Assembly (NCBI GenBank): GCA_963814585.1
Contig: CAWFDF010000003.1
Coordinates: forward strand, 224,001 to 288,000
Direction of reading: 5' to 3'
Length of the DNA stretch: 64,000 nt
From: an uncultured delta proteobacterium
GTDB taxonomy: Bacteria > Myxococcota > Myxococcia > Myxococcales > Anaeromyxobacteraceae
Made by a program: the position numbers and the translations under genes. The notes beneath the pieces were generated by a model that was not told the DNA's origin, made no database searches, and saw only the letters and a program-made list of their open reading frames with translations. Below, in pieces: positions 54,502-64,000 of the stretch; the first letter of the stretch is position 1, and each line of letters opens with the position of its first letter.

Positions 54502-55886
54502 CCGCACCGCGCTTCACCGCCGAGGAGCTGGGTGCCGCCACCGGCGGGCGCTGGCTCGATCCCCCGCCGGCCGCCATGGCCGGTGTCTCCACCGACACCC
54601 GCACCATCGCGCCCGGCTCGCTGTTCGTGGCGCTGCGCGGCGAGCGCTTCGACGGCCACGCCTTCCTCCCGGCCGCGGCCGGCGCCGGCGCCGCCGCCGC
54701 CGTGGTCTCCAGCGAGGCGGCCGCCCCGGCCGGCCTGCCACGGCTCCTGGTGGAAGACACGCTGCGGGCGCTGGGGGCCGTGGCCCACCATCACCGGCGC
54801 CGCTTCACGCTGCCGGTGGTGGGCGTCACCGGCTCCAACGGCAAGACCACCACGCGCGAGATGATCGCCGCCATCCTCGCCGAGCGCGGCCCGGTGCTGC
54901 GGACCGAGGGGAACCTCAACAACGAGGTGGGCGTGCCGCTGACCCTGCTCGGCCTCACCGGCCAGCACCTGGCGGCGGTCATCGAGATGGGCATGAGCCA
55001 CCCGGGCGAGATCGCGCGGCTCACCGCCCTGGCGGCGCCCCAGGTGGGCGTGGTCACCAACGCCGCCGCGGCCCACCTCGAGGGGCTCGGCTCCATCGAC
55101 GGGGTGGCCGACGCCAAGGCCGAGCTCTACGCCGGGCTGCCCCCCGGTGGCGTCGCGGTGGTCAACGCCGACGACGCGCGGATGCTGGGCCGCGCCCGGG
55201 CCTCCGGCCGCCGCCTCCTCACCTTCGCGGTGGGCCGCCAGCGCCGCGGCGACGTGGCCGTGCTGGAGGTGCTCTCCCAGGACGCCGACGGGATGCGCTT
55301 CCTGCTCGGCGTCGGCAACCGCGAGCTCCAGGTGAAGCTGCCGCTGGTGGGGGCCCACAACGCCACCAACGCCGCCGCCGCGGCCTGCGCCGCCATCGCG
55401 CTCGGCTGCAGCGACCAGGAGATCGTCCGCGGCCTTGCCGGCGTCCGGCCGGTGGGGCGCCGGCTGCGGCTGGAGCGCCTGCCCGGCGGCCTGCTGCTGC
55501 TCGACGACTGCTACAACGCCAACCCACTCTCCATGGTGGCGGCGCTCCGCACCCTGGCCGAGCTGGCCCGCTCCGAGCGGGGCCGCGCCCTGGCGGCCCT
55601 CGGCGACATGCTGGAGCTGGGGCCCGGCGAGGCGGAGCTGCACCGCGAGGTCGGGGCCGAGGCGGCCCGCCTGCCGGTGGCGCGGCTCTTCGGCTTCGGG
55701 CCGAGGTCGCGGGAGACGCTGACCGGGGCGCTGGCGGCCGGCCTCCCCGCCGACCGGACCTTCCACGGCGAGGACGTGGCGGCCCTGGCCGCGGCGGTGC
55801 GGTCCGCCGCCGCCCCCGGCGACGTCCTGCTGGTCAAGGGCAGCCGGGGCATGAAGCTGGAGCGGCTCGTCGAGGCCCTGCGCTAG
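54498..55886 (+). CDS. murF: UDP-MurNAc-pentapeptide synthetase
   Basis: TGSNGKTT, NLNNEVG, EMGM, DCYNANP, KGSRG. Confidence 0.95.
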   Translation: MTAPRFTAEELGAATGGRWLDPPPAAMAGVSTDTRTIAPGSLFVALRGERFDGHAFLPAAAGAGAAAAVVSSEAAAPAGLPRLLVEDTLRALGAVAHHHRRRFTLPVVGVTGSNGKTTTREMIAAILAERGPVLRTEGNLNNEVGVPLTLLGLTGQHLAAVIEMGMSHPGEIARLTALAAPQVGVVTNAAAAHLEGLGSIDGVADAKAELYAGLPPGGVAVVNADDARMLGRARASGRRLLTFAVGRQRRGDVAVLEVLSQDADGMRFLLGVGNRELQVKLPLVGAHNATNAAAAACAAIALGCSDQEIVRGLAGVRPVGRRLRLERLPGGLLLLDDCYNANPLSMVAALRTLAELARSERGRALAALGDMLELGPGEAELHREVGAEAARLPVARLFGFGPRSRETLTGALAAGLPADRTFHGEDVAALAAAVRSAAAPGDVLLVKGSRGMKLERLVEALR

Positions 55887-57029
55887 ATGATCTACGAATT
55901 CCTCTACCCGCTCTCGGCCAAGGTCGGCTTCCTCAACGTCCTGCGCTACCCGTCCTTCCGGATCGTGGCGGCCGGCCTGACCGCCATGGTGATCGGCCTG
56001 CTGCTCGGCCCGGCCTTCATCGAGCGGATGCGCGTCCTCCAGTACGGCGCCAGCAACGTTCGCGAGGACACCCCCGACGGCCACCAGAAGAAGGCCGGGA
56101 CGCCATCGATGGGTGGCGCGCTGATCCTGCTCTCCCTCTCCGCCTCGACCCTCCTGTGGGGGCTGCTGGAGAACCGGCTGGTCTGGGCGGCCCTGCTGGT
56201 GACGCTGGGGTACGGCGCCATCGGCTTCGCCGACGACTGGCTCAAGATCTCCAGGCGGGACTCGAAGGGCCTGGCCGGCCGGAGGAAGCTGCTCTTCCAG
56301 GTGCTGGTGGTGCTGGCCGTCTACTACGGCCTGCTCACCGACTGGAACTTCCACGCCGACGCCCGCTTCCCATGGCTCTTCGTGGGCAGCCGCGTCGACA
56401 CCCACCTGACCCTGCCGTTCATCCCCACCCGGCTCTTCAACCCCGACCTGGGCTGGGTCTACCTGCCGCTCATGATCTTCGTGGTGGTGGCCACCTCCAA
56501 CGCCGTCAACCTCACCGACGGGCTGGACGGGCTGGCCATCTTCCCCACCATCATCTCGGCCATCACCTTCCTGGCGCTCAGCTACGTGGCCGGCTCCACC
56601 ATCGCCGGCTTCAGCCTGGCCGAGTACCTGCGCATCGTCTCCATCCCGGGGGCCGAGGAGCTGGGCGTCTTCTGCGCCGCCATGTTCGGCGCCGGCGTGG
56701 CCTTCCTCTGGTTCAACACCTACCCGGCGCAGGTCTTCATGGGCGACGTCGGCTCCCTGGCGCTGGGCGGCGGCCTCGGCATGCTGGCGGTCCTGACCAA
56801 GAACGAGGTGGCCAGCGCCATCCTCCACGGCGTCTTCCTCGCCGAGACCGTCAGCGTCATCATCCAGGTGGCCAGCTTCAAGTACACCGGCAGGCGGGTC
56901 TTCCGCATGGCCCCGGTCCACCACCACTTCGAGCTGAAGGGGTGGGCCGAGCCCAAGATCATCGTCCGCTTCTGGATCGTCTCGGTCATGCTGGCCCTGG
57001 TGGCGCTCATGTCGATCAAGCTGAGGTAG
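55887..57029 (+). CDS. mraY: Phospho-MurNAc-pentapeptide transferase
   Basis: KAGTPSMGG, NAVNLTDGLDG, FMGDVGS, APVHHHFE. Confidence 0.96.
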   Translation: MIYEFLYPLSAKVGFLNVLRYPSFRIVAAGLTAMVIGLLLGPAFIERMRVLQYGASNVREDTPDGHQKKAGTPSMGGALILLSLSASTLLWGLLENRLVWAALLVTLGYGAIGFADDWLKISRRDSKGLAGRRKLLFQVLVVLAVYYGLLTDWNFHADARFPWLFVGSRVDTHLTLPFIPTRLFNPDLGWVYLPLMIFVVVATSNAVNLTDGLDGLAIFPTIISAITFLALSYVAGSTIAGFSLAEYLRIVSIPGAEELGVFCAAMFGAGVAFLWFNTYPAQVFMGDVGSLALGGGLGMLAVLTKNEVASAILHGVFLAETVSVIIQVASFKYTGRRVFRMAPVHHHFELKGWAEPKIIVRFWIVSVMLALVALMSIKLR

Positions 57030-57031
57030 CC

Positions 57032-58414
57032 GTGCCGACTCCACTCACCCTGCGAGGCAAGAAGATCACCGTGGTCGGGCTGGCCCGCTCCGGGCTGGCC
57101 GCGGCCCGCCTCTGCGTCCGCGAGGGGGCCTCGGTCACCGTGACCGACTCCCGCCCGGCCGCGGCGCTGGGACCGGCGCTGGAGGCGCTCGAGGTGCTGC
57201 CGCTGCGGCGCATGCTGGGAGGCCACGACCAGCGCGACTTCACCGCCGCCGACCTGGTGGTGGTCTCGCCCGGCGTCCCCATGACCATGCCGCCGCTGCA
57301 GGCGGCCCGCGCCGCCGGCGTCCCCATCTGGGGCGAGGTGGAGCTGGCCTCCCGCTTCCTCGGGGCGACGCCGCTGGTGGCCGTCACCGGCACCAACGGC
57401 AAGTCGACCACCACGGCGCTGGCCGGGGCCCTCTTCTCGGAGGACCGCCGCAGCTTCGTGGGCGGGAACCTCGGCACGCCGCTCTGCGAGCACGTCCTCT
57501 CCGGCCAGCCGGCCGACGTGGTGGTGGCCGAGCTCTCCTCGTTCCAGCTGGAGGGGATCGAGCGGTTGCGGGCGCGGGTGGCGGCCATCCTCAACGTCAC
57601 GCCGGACCACCTCGATCGCTACGACGGGCTGGACGGCTACGCCGCCGCCAAGGCGCGCCTCTTCGAGACCCAGCAGCCGGGCGACTTCGCGGTGGCCAAC
57701 CTGCGCGACGATCGGGCCATGTCCATGGCGGCCGCCTCCCGCGCCGCGCTCTACACCTTCGGCTTCGGGCCGCCGGCACGGGCCGCCGCCCGGGCGCCCG
57801 AGGACGGCAGCGGCGAGCTCTGGTTCTACCGCTACGCCGCCGGCTCACCGGAGCGGTACCGGCTCGCCAACCGCGCCCTGCGCGGGCGCCACAACCTCGA
57901 GAACGCCATGGCGGCGCTGGTCTGCGCCCGGCTGCTGGGCGTCCCGGGCGCGGCGGTGCAGCGTGGCCTCGACCACTTCACCGGCCTCCCCCACCGGCTC
58001 GAGCTGGTGCGGGAGCGGGACGGCGTCGAGTGGATCAACGACTCCAAGGCCACCAACGTCGACTCCACCGGCGTCGGGCTGGCGGCCTTCCCGGCCGGCG
58101 CCGCCCGGGTGGTGCTGATCCTCGGCGGGCGCGGCAAGCACGCCCCCTACGCGCCGCTCCGGCCGCTCTTCGCCGGCCGGGTCAAGGCGCTGCTCTCCAT
58201 CGGCGAGGACGCCCCGGCCATCGAGCGGGAGCTGGGCGGGGCCGCCGCCACCGAGAGCTGCGGCACGCTGGCCGCGGCCGTGGCCCGCGCCGCAGCCCTG
58301 ACCGCCCCGGGCGACGTGGTGCTGCTCTCGCCGGCCTGCGCCAGCTACGACCAGTTCAAGAGCTACGAGGAGCGCGGCGAGCGGTTCCGCCAGCTGGTGG
58401 GGGCGCTGCCGTGA
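57032..58414 (+). CDS. murD: UDP-MurNAc-Ala-D-Glu ligase
   Basis: GLARSG, TGTNGKST, ELSSFQL, NDSKATN, SPACASYD. Confidence 0.95.
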   Translation: MPTPLTLRGKKITVVGLARSGLAAARLCVREGASVTVTDSRPAAALGPALEALEVLPLRRMLGGHDQRDFTAADLVVVSPGVPMTMPPLQAARAAGVPIWGEVELASRFLGATPLVAVTGTNGKSTTTALAGALFSEDRRSFVGGNLGTPLCEHVLSGQPADVVVAELSSFQLEGIERLRARVAAILNVTPDHLDRYDGLDGYAAAKARLFETQQPGDFAVANLRDDRAMSMAAASRAALYTFGFGPPARAAARAPEDGSGELWFYRYAAGSPERYRLANRALRGRHNLENAMAALVCARLLGVPGAAVQRGLDHFTGLPHRLELVRERDGVEWINDSKATNVDSTGVGLAAFPAGAARVVLILGGRGKHAPYAPLRPLFAGRVKALLSIGEDAPAIERELGGAAATESCGTLAAAVARAAALTAPGDVVLLSPACASYDQFKSYEERGERFRQLVGALP

Positions 58415-59589
58415 CGGCCGGCCCCGCCACCGCCCGGCGCCCGGCGCCGTTCGACTGGCTGCTGCTGTTCGCCATCCTGGTGCTCTCGGCCGGCGGCGCG
58501 GTGATGGTCTACTCCTCCAGCGCCATCACCGCCACCCGCAACCTGCACGACGAGTTCCACTTCCTCACCCGCCAGGTGGTGGCCTTCGCCATCGGCACCG
58601 GGCTGCTGGTCCTGACGCTGCGCCTGGGCTACCGGCGGCTCATCCCGCTCGCCTACCCGCTGCTGGCCGTCACCCTGGTCCTGCTGGTGCTGGTGCTCAT
58701 CCCCGGCGTCGGGCGGGTCGCGGGGGGCGCCCGCCGCTGGATCCCGGTCGGCATCGTCAACTTCCAGCCCGCCGAGCTGGCCAAGGTGGCGCTGGTCCTC
58801 TACCTGGCCCGCTCGCTGGCCCGCCAGCGCGACAAGGTGAAGCTGTTCTCCATCGGCTTCCTCCCGCACGTGCTGGTGACCGGCGTGCTGGTCGGGCTCT
58901 GCCTGCTGGAGCGCGACATGGGCACGGGCGTGATCATGGTGATGGTGCTGTTCACCATGCTCTTCGCGGCCGGGGCGCGGATCTCCTACCTGCTCGGCGG
59001 CGTGCTGCTGGCCATCCCCATCGGCTGGCGGCTCATCGCCGGCACCCCGTACCGGCTGGAGCGCTGGCTCGCCTACCTCGATCCCTGGGGCCACCGGAAC
59101 GGCGTCGGGTTCCAGCTGGTCGAGTCGCTGCTCGGCATCGGCAACGGCGGCTGGATCGGCCAGGGGCTCGGCCAGGGGAAGGGCAAGCTCTTCTACCTGC
59201 CGGCGGCCCACACCGACTTCATCGCCGCGGTGATCGCCGAGGAGGTCGGCCTGCTGGGGATCGGCGTCCTCATCCTCCTCTACGTGATGGTGGTCTGGCG
59301 CGGCCTGCGCGCCGCGCTGAACGCCGGCGAGGCGTTCGGCGCCTACGCCGCGCTCGGCCTGACCACGCTGATCGGCGGCCAGGCGCTGCTCAACCTGGCG
59401 GTGGTCTTCGGGCTCCTCCCCACCAAGGGGCTGACCCTCCCCTTCGTTTCCTACGGCGGCAGCTCGCTGATGACCCTGCTGGCCGCCGCCGGCGTGCTGC
59501 TCTCCGTCTCCGGCGAGCGCGGCGGCTTCCTCCGCCAGGGGCTGCAGGCGGTCCGGGTGGCGCCCCCGGCGGGCGCGGAGGCCGCGTGA
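58411..59589 (+). CDS. ftsW: SEDS peptidoglycan polymerase FtsW
   Basis: [33 protein letters not shown]. Confidence 0.95.
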   Translation: MTAGPATARRPAPFDWLLLFAILVLSAGGAVMVYSSSAITATRNLHDEFHFLTRQVVAFAIGTGLLVLTLRLGYRRLIPLAYPLLAVTLVLLVLVLIPGVGRVAGGARRWIPVGIVNFQPAELAKVALVLYLARSLARQRDKVKLFSIGFLPHVLVTGVLVGLCLLERDMGTGVIMVMVLFTMLFAAGARISYLLGGVLLAIPIGWRLIAGTPYRLERWLAYLDPWGHRNGVGFQLVESLLGIGNGGWIGQGLGQGKGKLFYLPAAHTDFIAAVIAEEVGLLGIGVLILLYVMVVWRGLRAALNAGEAFGAYAALGLTTLIGGQALLNLAVVFGLLPTKGLTLPFVSYGGSSLMTLLAAAGVLLSVSGERGGFLRQGLQAVRVAPPAGAEAA

Positions 59590-60731
59590 GGATCATGATC
59601 GCGGGGGGCGGCACCGGCGGCCACGTCTTCCCGGGCCTGGCGCTGGCCGAGGAGGTGGTGACCCGCCACCCCGGCAACGACGTGGTCTTCGTGGGGACGC
59701 CACGCGGCCTCGAGGCCCAGGTGATCCCGGCGGCCGGCTTCCCCATCGAGCTCATCGAGGTCCGGGGGCTGAAGGGGCGAGGGCTGCTGCAGTCGCTGCG
59801 GAGCCTGCTGCTGCTCCCCCGGGCCCTGGCGCGATCGATGCTGATCCTGCGCCGCTGGCGGCCCGACGTGGTGGTGGGCGTGGGCGGCTACGCCTCGGGC
59901 CCGGTGGTGCTGGCGGCCTGGCTGCTGCGGTACCCCACCGCGGTGCAGGAGCAGAACGCCGTGGCCGGGCTCACCAACCGGCTGCTGGGCCGGGTGGTCG
60001 ACGCCGCCTTCACCGCCTTCCCCGAGACCGGCGCCTGCTTCCCTTCCGGGAAGGCCATCCAGCTCGGCAATCCCATCCGGCGGCAGCTGCTGGAGAACCT
60101 CATCCACCCGGGCGCCGACCACGACGTCCCCGGCCTGCTGGTCTTCGGCGGATCGCAGGGGGCCCACGGGCTCAACATGCGGGTCATCGAGGCGCTGCCC
60201 CACCTCGCCGACCTGCGCGGCCGGCTCCGGATCGTCCACCAGACCGGCGGCCGGGACCGCGAGGCGGTGGTGCGCGGCTACCGGGCCGTCGGCTTCGACG
60301 CCGATGTGCGCGACTTCATCGAGGACATGGCCGCCGCCTACGCCGCCGCCGACCTGGTGGTCTGCCGCGCCGGGGCCACCACGCTGGCCGAGCTGACCGC
60401 CTGCCGCAAGCCGTCGATCCTCATCCCCTTCCCGGCCGCGGCCGACAACCACCAGGTGGTCAACGCCACCAGCCTGCTCCAGGCCGGCGCGGCGGTGATG
60501 ATCGAGGAGCGGGACCTCACCGGCGAGCTGCTGGCGTCGGAGATCCGCGCCATCCTCGCCCACCCCGAGCGCCGCGCGGCGATGGCCCGCGCCGCCGGCC
60601 GGCTCGGCAGCCCGGCCGCCGCCAGCGAGATCGCCGACTCCTGCGCCGGCATGAGCGAGCGGCGCTGGGGCTCCCGCTTCGGCCAGGACCGGGGCCCCGA
60701 CTTCAAGCCGGTCCGACCCGGCAACGCCTGA
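59586..60731 (+). CDS. murG: Lipid II GlcNAc transferase
   Basis: GGGTGGH, EQNAVAG, GGSQGA, RAGATT. Confidence 0.96.
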   Translation: MRIMIAGGGTGGHVFPGLALAEEVVTRHPGNDVVFVGTPRGLEAQVIPAAGFPIELIEVRGLKGRGLLQSLRSLLLLPRALARSMLILRRWRPDVVVGVGGYASGPVVLAAWLLRYPTAVQEQNAVAGLTNRLLGRVVDAAFTAFPETGACFPSGKAIQLGNPIRRQLLENLIHPGADHDVPGLLVFGGSQGAHGLNMRVIEALPHLADLRGRLRIVHQTGGRDREAVVRGYRAVGFDADVRDFIEDMAAAYAAADLVVCRAGATTLAELTACRKPSILIPFPAAADNHQVVNATSLLQAGAAVMIEERDLTGELLASEIRAILAHPERRAAMARAAGRLGSPAAASEIADSCAGMSERRWGSRFGQDRGPDFKPVRPGNA

Positions 60732-60751
60732 CGGCCCACCCCGAGGAGCCC

Positions 60752-62128
60752 ATGACCCTGTTCCGCTCACGCCACGCCCGGATCCACCTCGTCGGCGTCG
60801 GCGGCATCGGCATGAGCGGCATCGCCGAGGTCCTCCTCAACCTCGGCTACGCCGTCTCCGGCTCCGACCTGAAGGGCAGCGAGACCACCCGCCGGCTCGC
60901 CGGGCTGGGAGGCCGCATCGAGCTCGGGCACGACGCCGCCCACGTCCGCGACGCCGACGTGGTGGTGATCTCCTCGGCCGTCCAGCGGGACAACCCCGAG
61001 GTGGTGGAGGCCCGCGCCCGGAAGATCCCGGTCATCCCGCGCGCCGAGATGCTGGCCGAGCTGATGCGGCTCAAGCAGGGCATCGCCATCGCCGGCTCCC
61101 ACGGCAAGACCACCACCACCTCGATGGCCGCCCACCTGCTGGCGCACGCCGGCCTCGACCCGACCGCCGTGGTGGGCGGCAAGGTGAACGCCTTCGGCTC
61201 CAACGCCAAGCTGGGCAAGGGCGAGTACATGGTGGTGGAGGCCGACGAGTCGGATGGCTCCTTCCTCCACATCTCCCCCACCATCGCCGTGGTCACCAAC
61301 GTCGACCCGGAGCACCTGGACCACTGGAAGACCGAGGAGGCGCTGCGGCAAGGCTTCATCGCCTTCATCAACCGGGTCCCCTTCTACGGCCTGGCCATCC
61401 TCTGCGTCGATCACCCGACGGTGCAGGGCCTCCTCCCCGAGGTGGGCAAGCGCTACGTCACCTACGGCGAGAGCCAGCAGGCCGACTACCGGGCCGAGCG
61501 GATCGAGGTCTCCGGACACGCTGTCCACTTCGACGCCTCCCGGCGCGGCCAGCCGCTGGGGCGCTTCGAGATGGCCATGGTCGGACGCCACAACGCCCTC
61601 AACGCCATGGCCGTCGTCGCCCTGGCCGACGAGCTGGGGATCGACCCCGACACCACCCGCGCCGCCTTCAAGGCGTTCCAGGGGGTGCAGCGCCGGTTCA
61701 CCATCCGGGGCGAGGCGGGCGGCGTCACCGTGGTGGACGACTACGGCCACCACCCGGCGGAGATCCGGGCCACCCTGCGCGGCGCCCGCGAGGCCTTCGG
61801 CCGCCGCGTGGTCTGCGTCTTCCAGCCCCACCGCTACACGCGCACCCGCGACCTGCACGACGAGTTCGCCACCGCCTTCAATGACGCCGACGTGCTGCTG
61901 CTCACCGACATCTACTCGGCCGGCGAGCCGCCCATCCCCGGGGTGACGGCGCCGGCGCTGGTCGAGGCGGTGCGCGGCTGCGGCCACCGCGACGCCCACC
62001 ACCTCCCCCGCGCCGGGCTGGCCGCCGCGGCGCGGGCCCGGCTCCAGCCTGGCGACATCGTCATCACCCTCGGCGCCGGTGACGTGACGCAGGTCGGCCC
62101 CGAGCTGCTCGGGCTGCTGGGCGCGTGA
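60752..62128 (+). CDS. murC: UDP-MurNAc-L-Ala ligase
   Basis: [30 protein letters not shown]. Confidence 0.96.
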   Translation: MTLFRSRHARIHLVGVGGIGMSGIAEVLLNLGYAVSGSDLKGSETTRRLAGLGGRIELGHDAAHVRDADVVVISSAVQRDNPEVVEARARKIPVIPRAEMLAELMRLKQGIAIAGSHGKTTTTSMAAHLLAHAGLDPTAVVGGKVNAFGSNAKLGKGEYMVVEADESDGSFLHISPTIAVVTNVDPEHLDHWKTEEALRQGFIAFINRVPFYGLAILCVDHPTVQGLLPEVGKRYVTYGESQQADYRAERIEVSGHAVHFDASRRGQPLGRFEMAMVGRHNALNAMAVVALADELGIDPDTTRAAFKAFQGVQRRFTIRGEAGGVTVVDDYGHHPAEIRATLRGAREAFGRRVVCVFQPHRYTRTRDLHDEFATAFNDADVLLLTDIYSAGEPPIPGVTAPALVEAVRGCGHRDAHHLPRAGLAAAARARLQPGDIVITLGAGDVTQVGPELLGLLGA

Positions 62129-63036
62129 CCTGGCGCGGCGAGATCGCCCGCCGCGTGCGGGGCGAGTGCCGGCCCGACGAGCCGCTGGCCCCCCGCACCT
62201 CGATCAAGGTGGGGGGCCCCGCCGACCTGCTGGTCCGCCCGGCCGATCCGGACGACCTGGCCGTGCTGCTGGCCGCCGTCCGGGAGCTCGGGCTCCCGCT
62301 GGCCGTCCTCGGCGGCGGCGCCAACACGCTGGTGGCGGACGCCGGCGTCCGCGGCGTCGTGGTCCGCCTCCCCGCCGAGCTGGGCGAGGAGCGCTGCGAC
62401 GGGGAGACGCTGCTGCTCCCGGCCGGCGCCCCCATCGCCCGCCTCGCCTCCCGCGGCCACGCCCTCGGCCTGGTCGGCGCCGAGTTCAGCGCCGGCATCC
62501 CCGGCACGCTGGGCGGCGCCACCGCCATGAACGCCGGCACCCGGCTGGGCGAGATGAAGCAGCTCCTCACCCGCGTCGAGCTGGCCACCGCCGACGGCAT
62601 CGGCTTCGTCCCGGCGGCGGACCTCCGGCTCGCCTACCGCCACTGCGAGCTGCCGGAGGGCGCGGTGGTGACGCGCGTGGAGTGCCGGCTGCGGCCGGGG
62701 GACGTGGCGGCCAGCCGGTCTGCCATGGAGGCCGACCTGGCCCACCGCCGCAGCACCCAGCCGCTCCACCAGCCCAGCTTCGGCTCCACCTTCTGGAACC
62801 CGCCGGGGCGCCACGCCGGCCGGCTCATCGAGGAGGCCGGGCTCAAGGGGCATCGAGTCGGCGGCGCCATGTTCTCCGAGCGGCACGCCAACTTCATCGT
62901 CAACCTGGGCCAGGCCACGGCCAGGGACGTGCTGGCCCTGATCCGGCTGGCGAGGACGCGGGTCGAGGAGCGGTTCGGGGTGCGGCTCGAGACCGAGGTG
63001 AGGCGGCTCGGCCAGTTCGACGCCGGCGAGGTATGA
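62125..63036 (+). CDS. murB: UDP-N-acetylenolpyruvoylglucosamine reductase
   Basis: [30 protein letters not shown]. Confidence 0.95.
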   Translation: MTWRGEIARRVRGECRPDEPLAPRTSIKVGGPADLLVRPADPDDLAVLLAAVRELGLPLAVLGGGANTLVADAGVRGVVVRLPAELGEERCDGETLLLPAGAPIARLASRGHALGLVGAEFSAGIPGTLGGATAMNAGTRLGEMKQLLTRVELATADGIGFVPAADLRLAYRHCELPEGAVVTRVECRLRPGDVAASRSAMEADLAHRRSTQPLHQPSFGSTFWNPPGRHAGRLIEEAGLKGHRVGGAMFSERHANFIVNLGQATARDVLALIRLARTRVEERFGVRLETEVRRLGQFDAGEV

Positions 63037-63077
63037 CCGGGGTGCAGCGCGGGCGCCGCGACGATTCCGGAGGGACC

Positions 63078-64000
63078 ATGGGCAAGTGGACGGGCAAGAC
63101 GGTGGCGGTCCTCTACGGTGGGCGGTCCTCCGAGCGCGAGGTGTCGCTCAAGACCGGAGCGGCGTGCGCCGAGGCCCTGAAGTCCCGCGGCCTCGAGGTG
63201 GCGCTCGTGGACGTCGGCCTCGACGTGGCCGACCGGCTGCGCGCCTGCGGCGCCGCGGTGGCCTTCGTCGCCCTCCACGGCCGCTACGGCGAGGACGGCA
63301 GCATCCAGGGGCTGCTCGAGTCGCTCGGCATCCCCTACACCGGCTCGGGCGTGCTGGCCTCGGCGGTGGGCATGGACAAGGTGCTCTCCAAGCTGCTGTT
63401 CAAGAGCCTGGGGCTGGCGGTGGCCGAGTACCGGGTCTTCTCCCCGGAGCGGGCCGCGGCGCTCCACGCCAGGGACTTCCCCTTCACCTTTCCGGTGGTG
63501 GTGAAGCCGGCCTGCGAGGGGTCCAGCGTGGGCGTCTCGCTGGTGAAGGACCCGTCCCACCTGGGCGCTGCCTGCGCCGAGGCCGCCCGCTGGAAGGGCG
63601 ACGTCATCGTCGAGAAGTACGTCAAGGGCAAGGAGGTGCAGGTGGCGGTGCTCGACGGCCAGGCCATGGGCGTCATCGAGGTGGTGCCGGCCAACGAGTT
63701 CTACGACTACGCCGCCAAGTACACCGCCGGAACCACGCAGTACTTCTACCCGGCCCGCATCTCCGAGGCCGACACGCGCAAGCTGCGGGAGGCGGCCGAG
63801 CTGGCCCACCGCGGCATGGGGTGCGGCGGCGTCACCCGGGCCGACTTCATCCTCGCCGCCGACGGCACGCCCTACATCCTCGAGGTCAACACCCTGCCGG
63901 GCATGACCGCCTCGTCGCTGGTGCCCAAGATCGCCGCGGGGAACGGCATCCCCTTCCCGGAGCTGTGCGAGCGGCTCCTCGACGGGGCCTCCCTCAAGAG
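63078..64000 (+). CDS. ddl: D-Ala-D-Ala ligase (runs to the window end; not in the ORF track)
   Basis: GGRSSEREVS, LHGRYGEDG, EGSSVG, YDYAAKY, EVNTLPG. Confidence 0.95.
   Translation, partial: MGKWTGKTVAVLYGGRSSEREVSLKTGAACAEALKSRGLEVALVDVGLDVADRLRACGAAVAFVALHGRYGEDGSIQGLLESLGIPYTGSGVLASAVGMDKVLSKLLFKSLGLAVAEYRVFSPERAAALHARDFPFTFPVVVKPACEGSSVGVSLVKDPSHLGAACAEAARWKGDVIVEKYVKGKEVQVAVLDGQAMGVIEVVPANEFYDYAAKYTAGTTQYFYPARISEADTRKLREAAELAHRGMGCGGVTRADFILAADGTPYILEVNTLPGMTASSLVPKIAAGNGIPFPELCERLLDGASLK

Noticed and set aside
53006..58414. 1802-aa ORF that looks like a MurE-MurD mega-fusion
   Set aside because: It is the MurE N-terminus, then an off-frame Arg/Gly/Pro-rich read-through caused by a frameshift and the scarcity of stops, then MurD. 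murF and mraY occupy other frames.

Overview
Very GC-rich bacterial DNA. The PilZ-receiver gene and the STAS gene inside the dcw cluster suggest Myxococcota, probably Anaeromyxobacter-like (inference). The window has three blocks. (1) 1-7.6 kb, miscellaneous genes: partial rsgA, a GH5 lipoprotein with a recently duplicated Ig-like domain, a crotonase plus biotin carrier, a PilZ-REC protein and trpB2. (2) About 7.7-48.6 kb, a ~41 kb anaerobic aromatic-catabolism island: iorAB-paaK-ACT-liv-paaK2; had-oah-dch-bcrCBAD (ATP-dependent class I benzoyl-CoA reductase) with a tandem GNAT and an SDR; gcdH and a thiolase; an orphan DpgC-like crotonase-fold dioxygenase; badL/badM-like regulators; beta-oxidation genes; a second BCR/2-hydroxyacyl-CoA-dehydratase-like four-gene module; an acyl-CoA ligase; hcrCAB with xdhC and mocA; and a Liv-type binding protein. 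(3) 48.7-64 kb, the dcw cluster from mraZ to ddl. The most striking item is the second radical module: its first subunit is fused to an intact ketopantoate-reductase domain and has lost its Fe-S cysteines. Also notable are the O2-dependent DpgC homologue inside an anaerobic pathway and a 32-bp element shared by island promoters. Many single-base frameshifts, including two in essential murE, look like assembly errors. No rRNA, tRNA, CRISPR array or transposase was seen.
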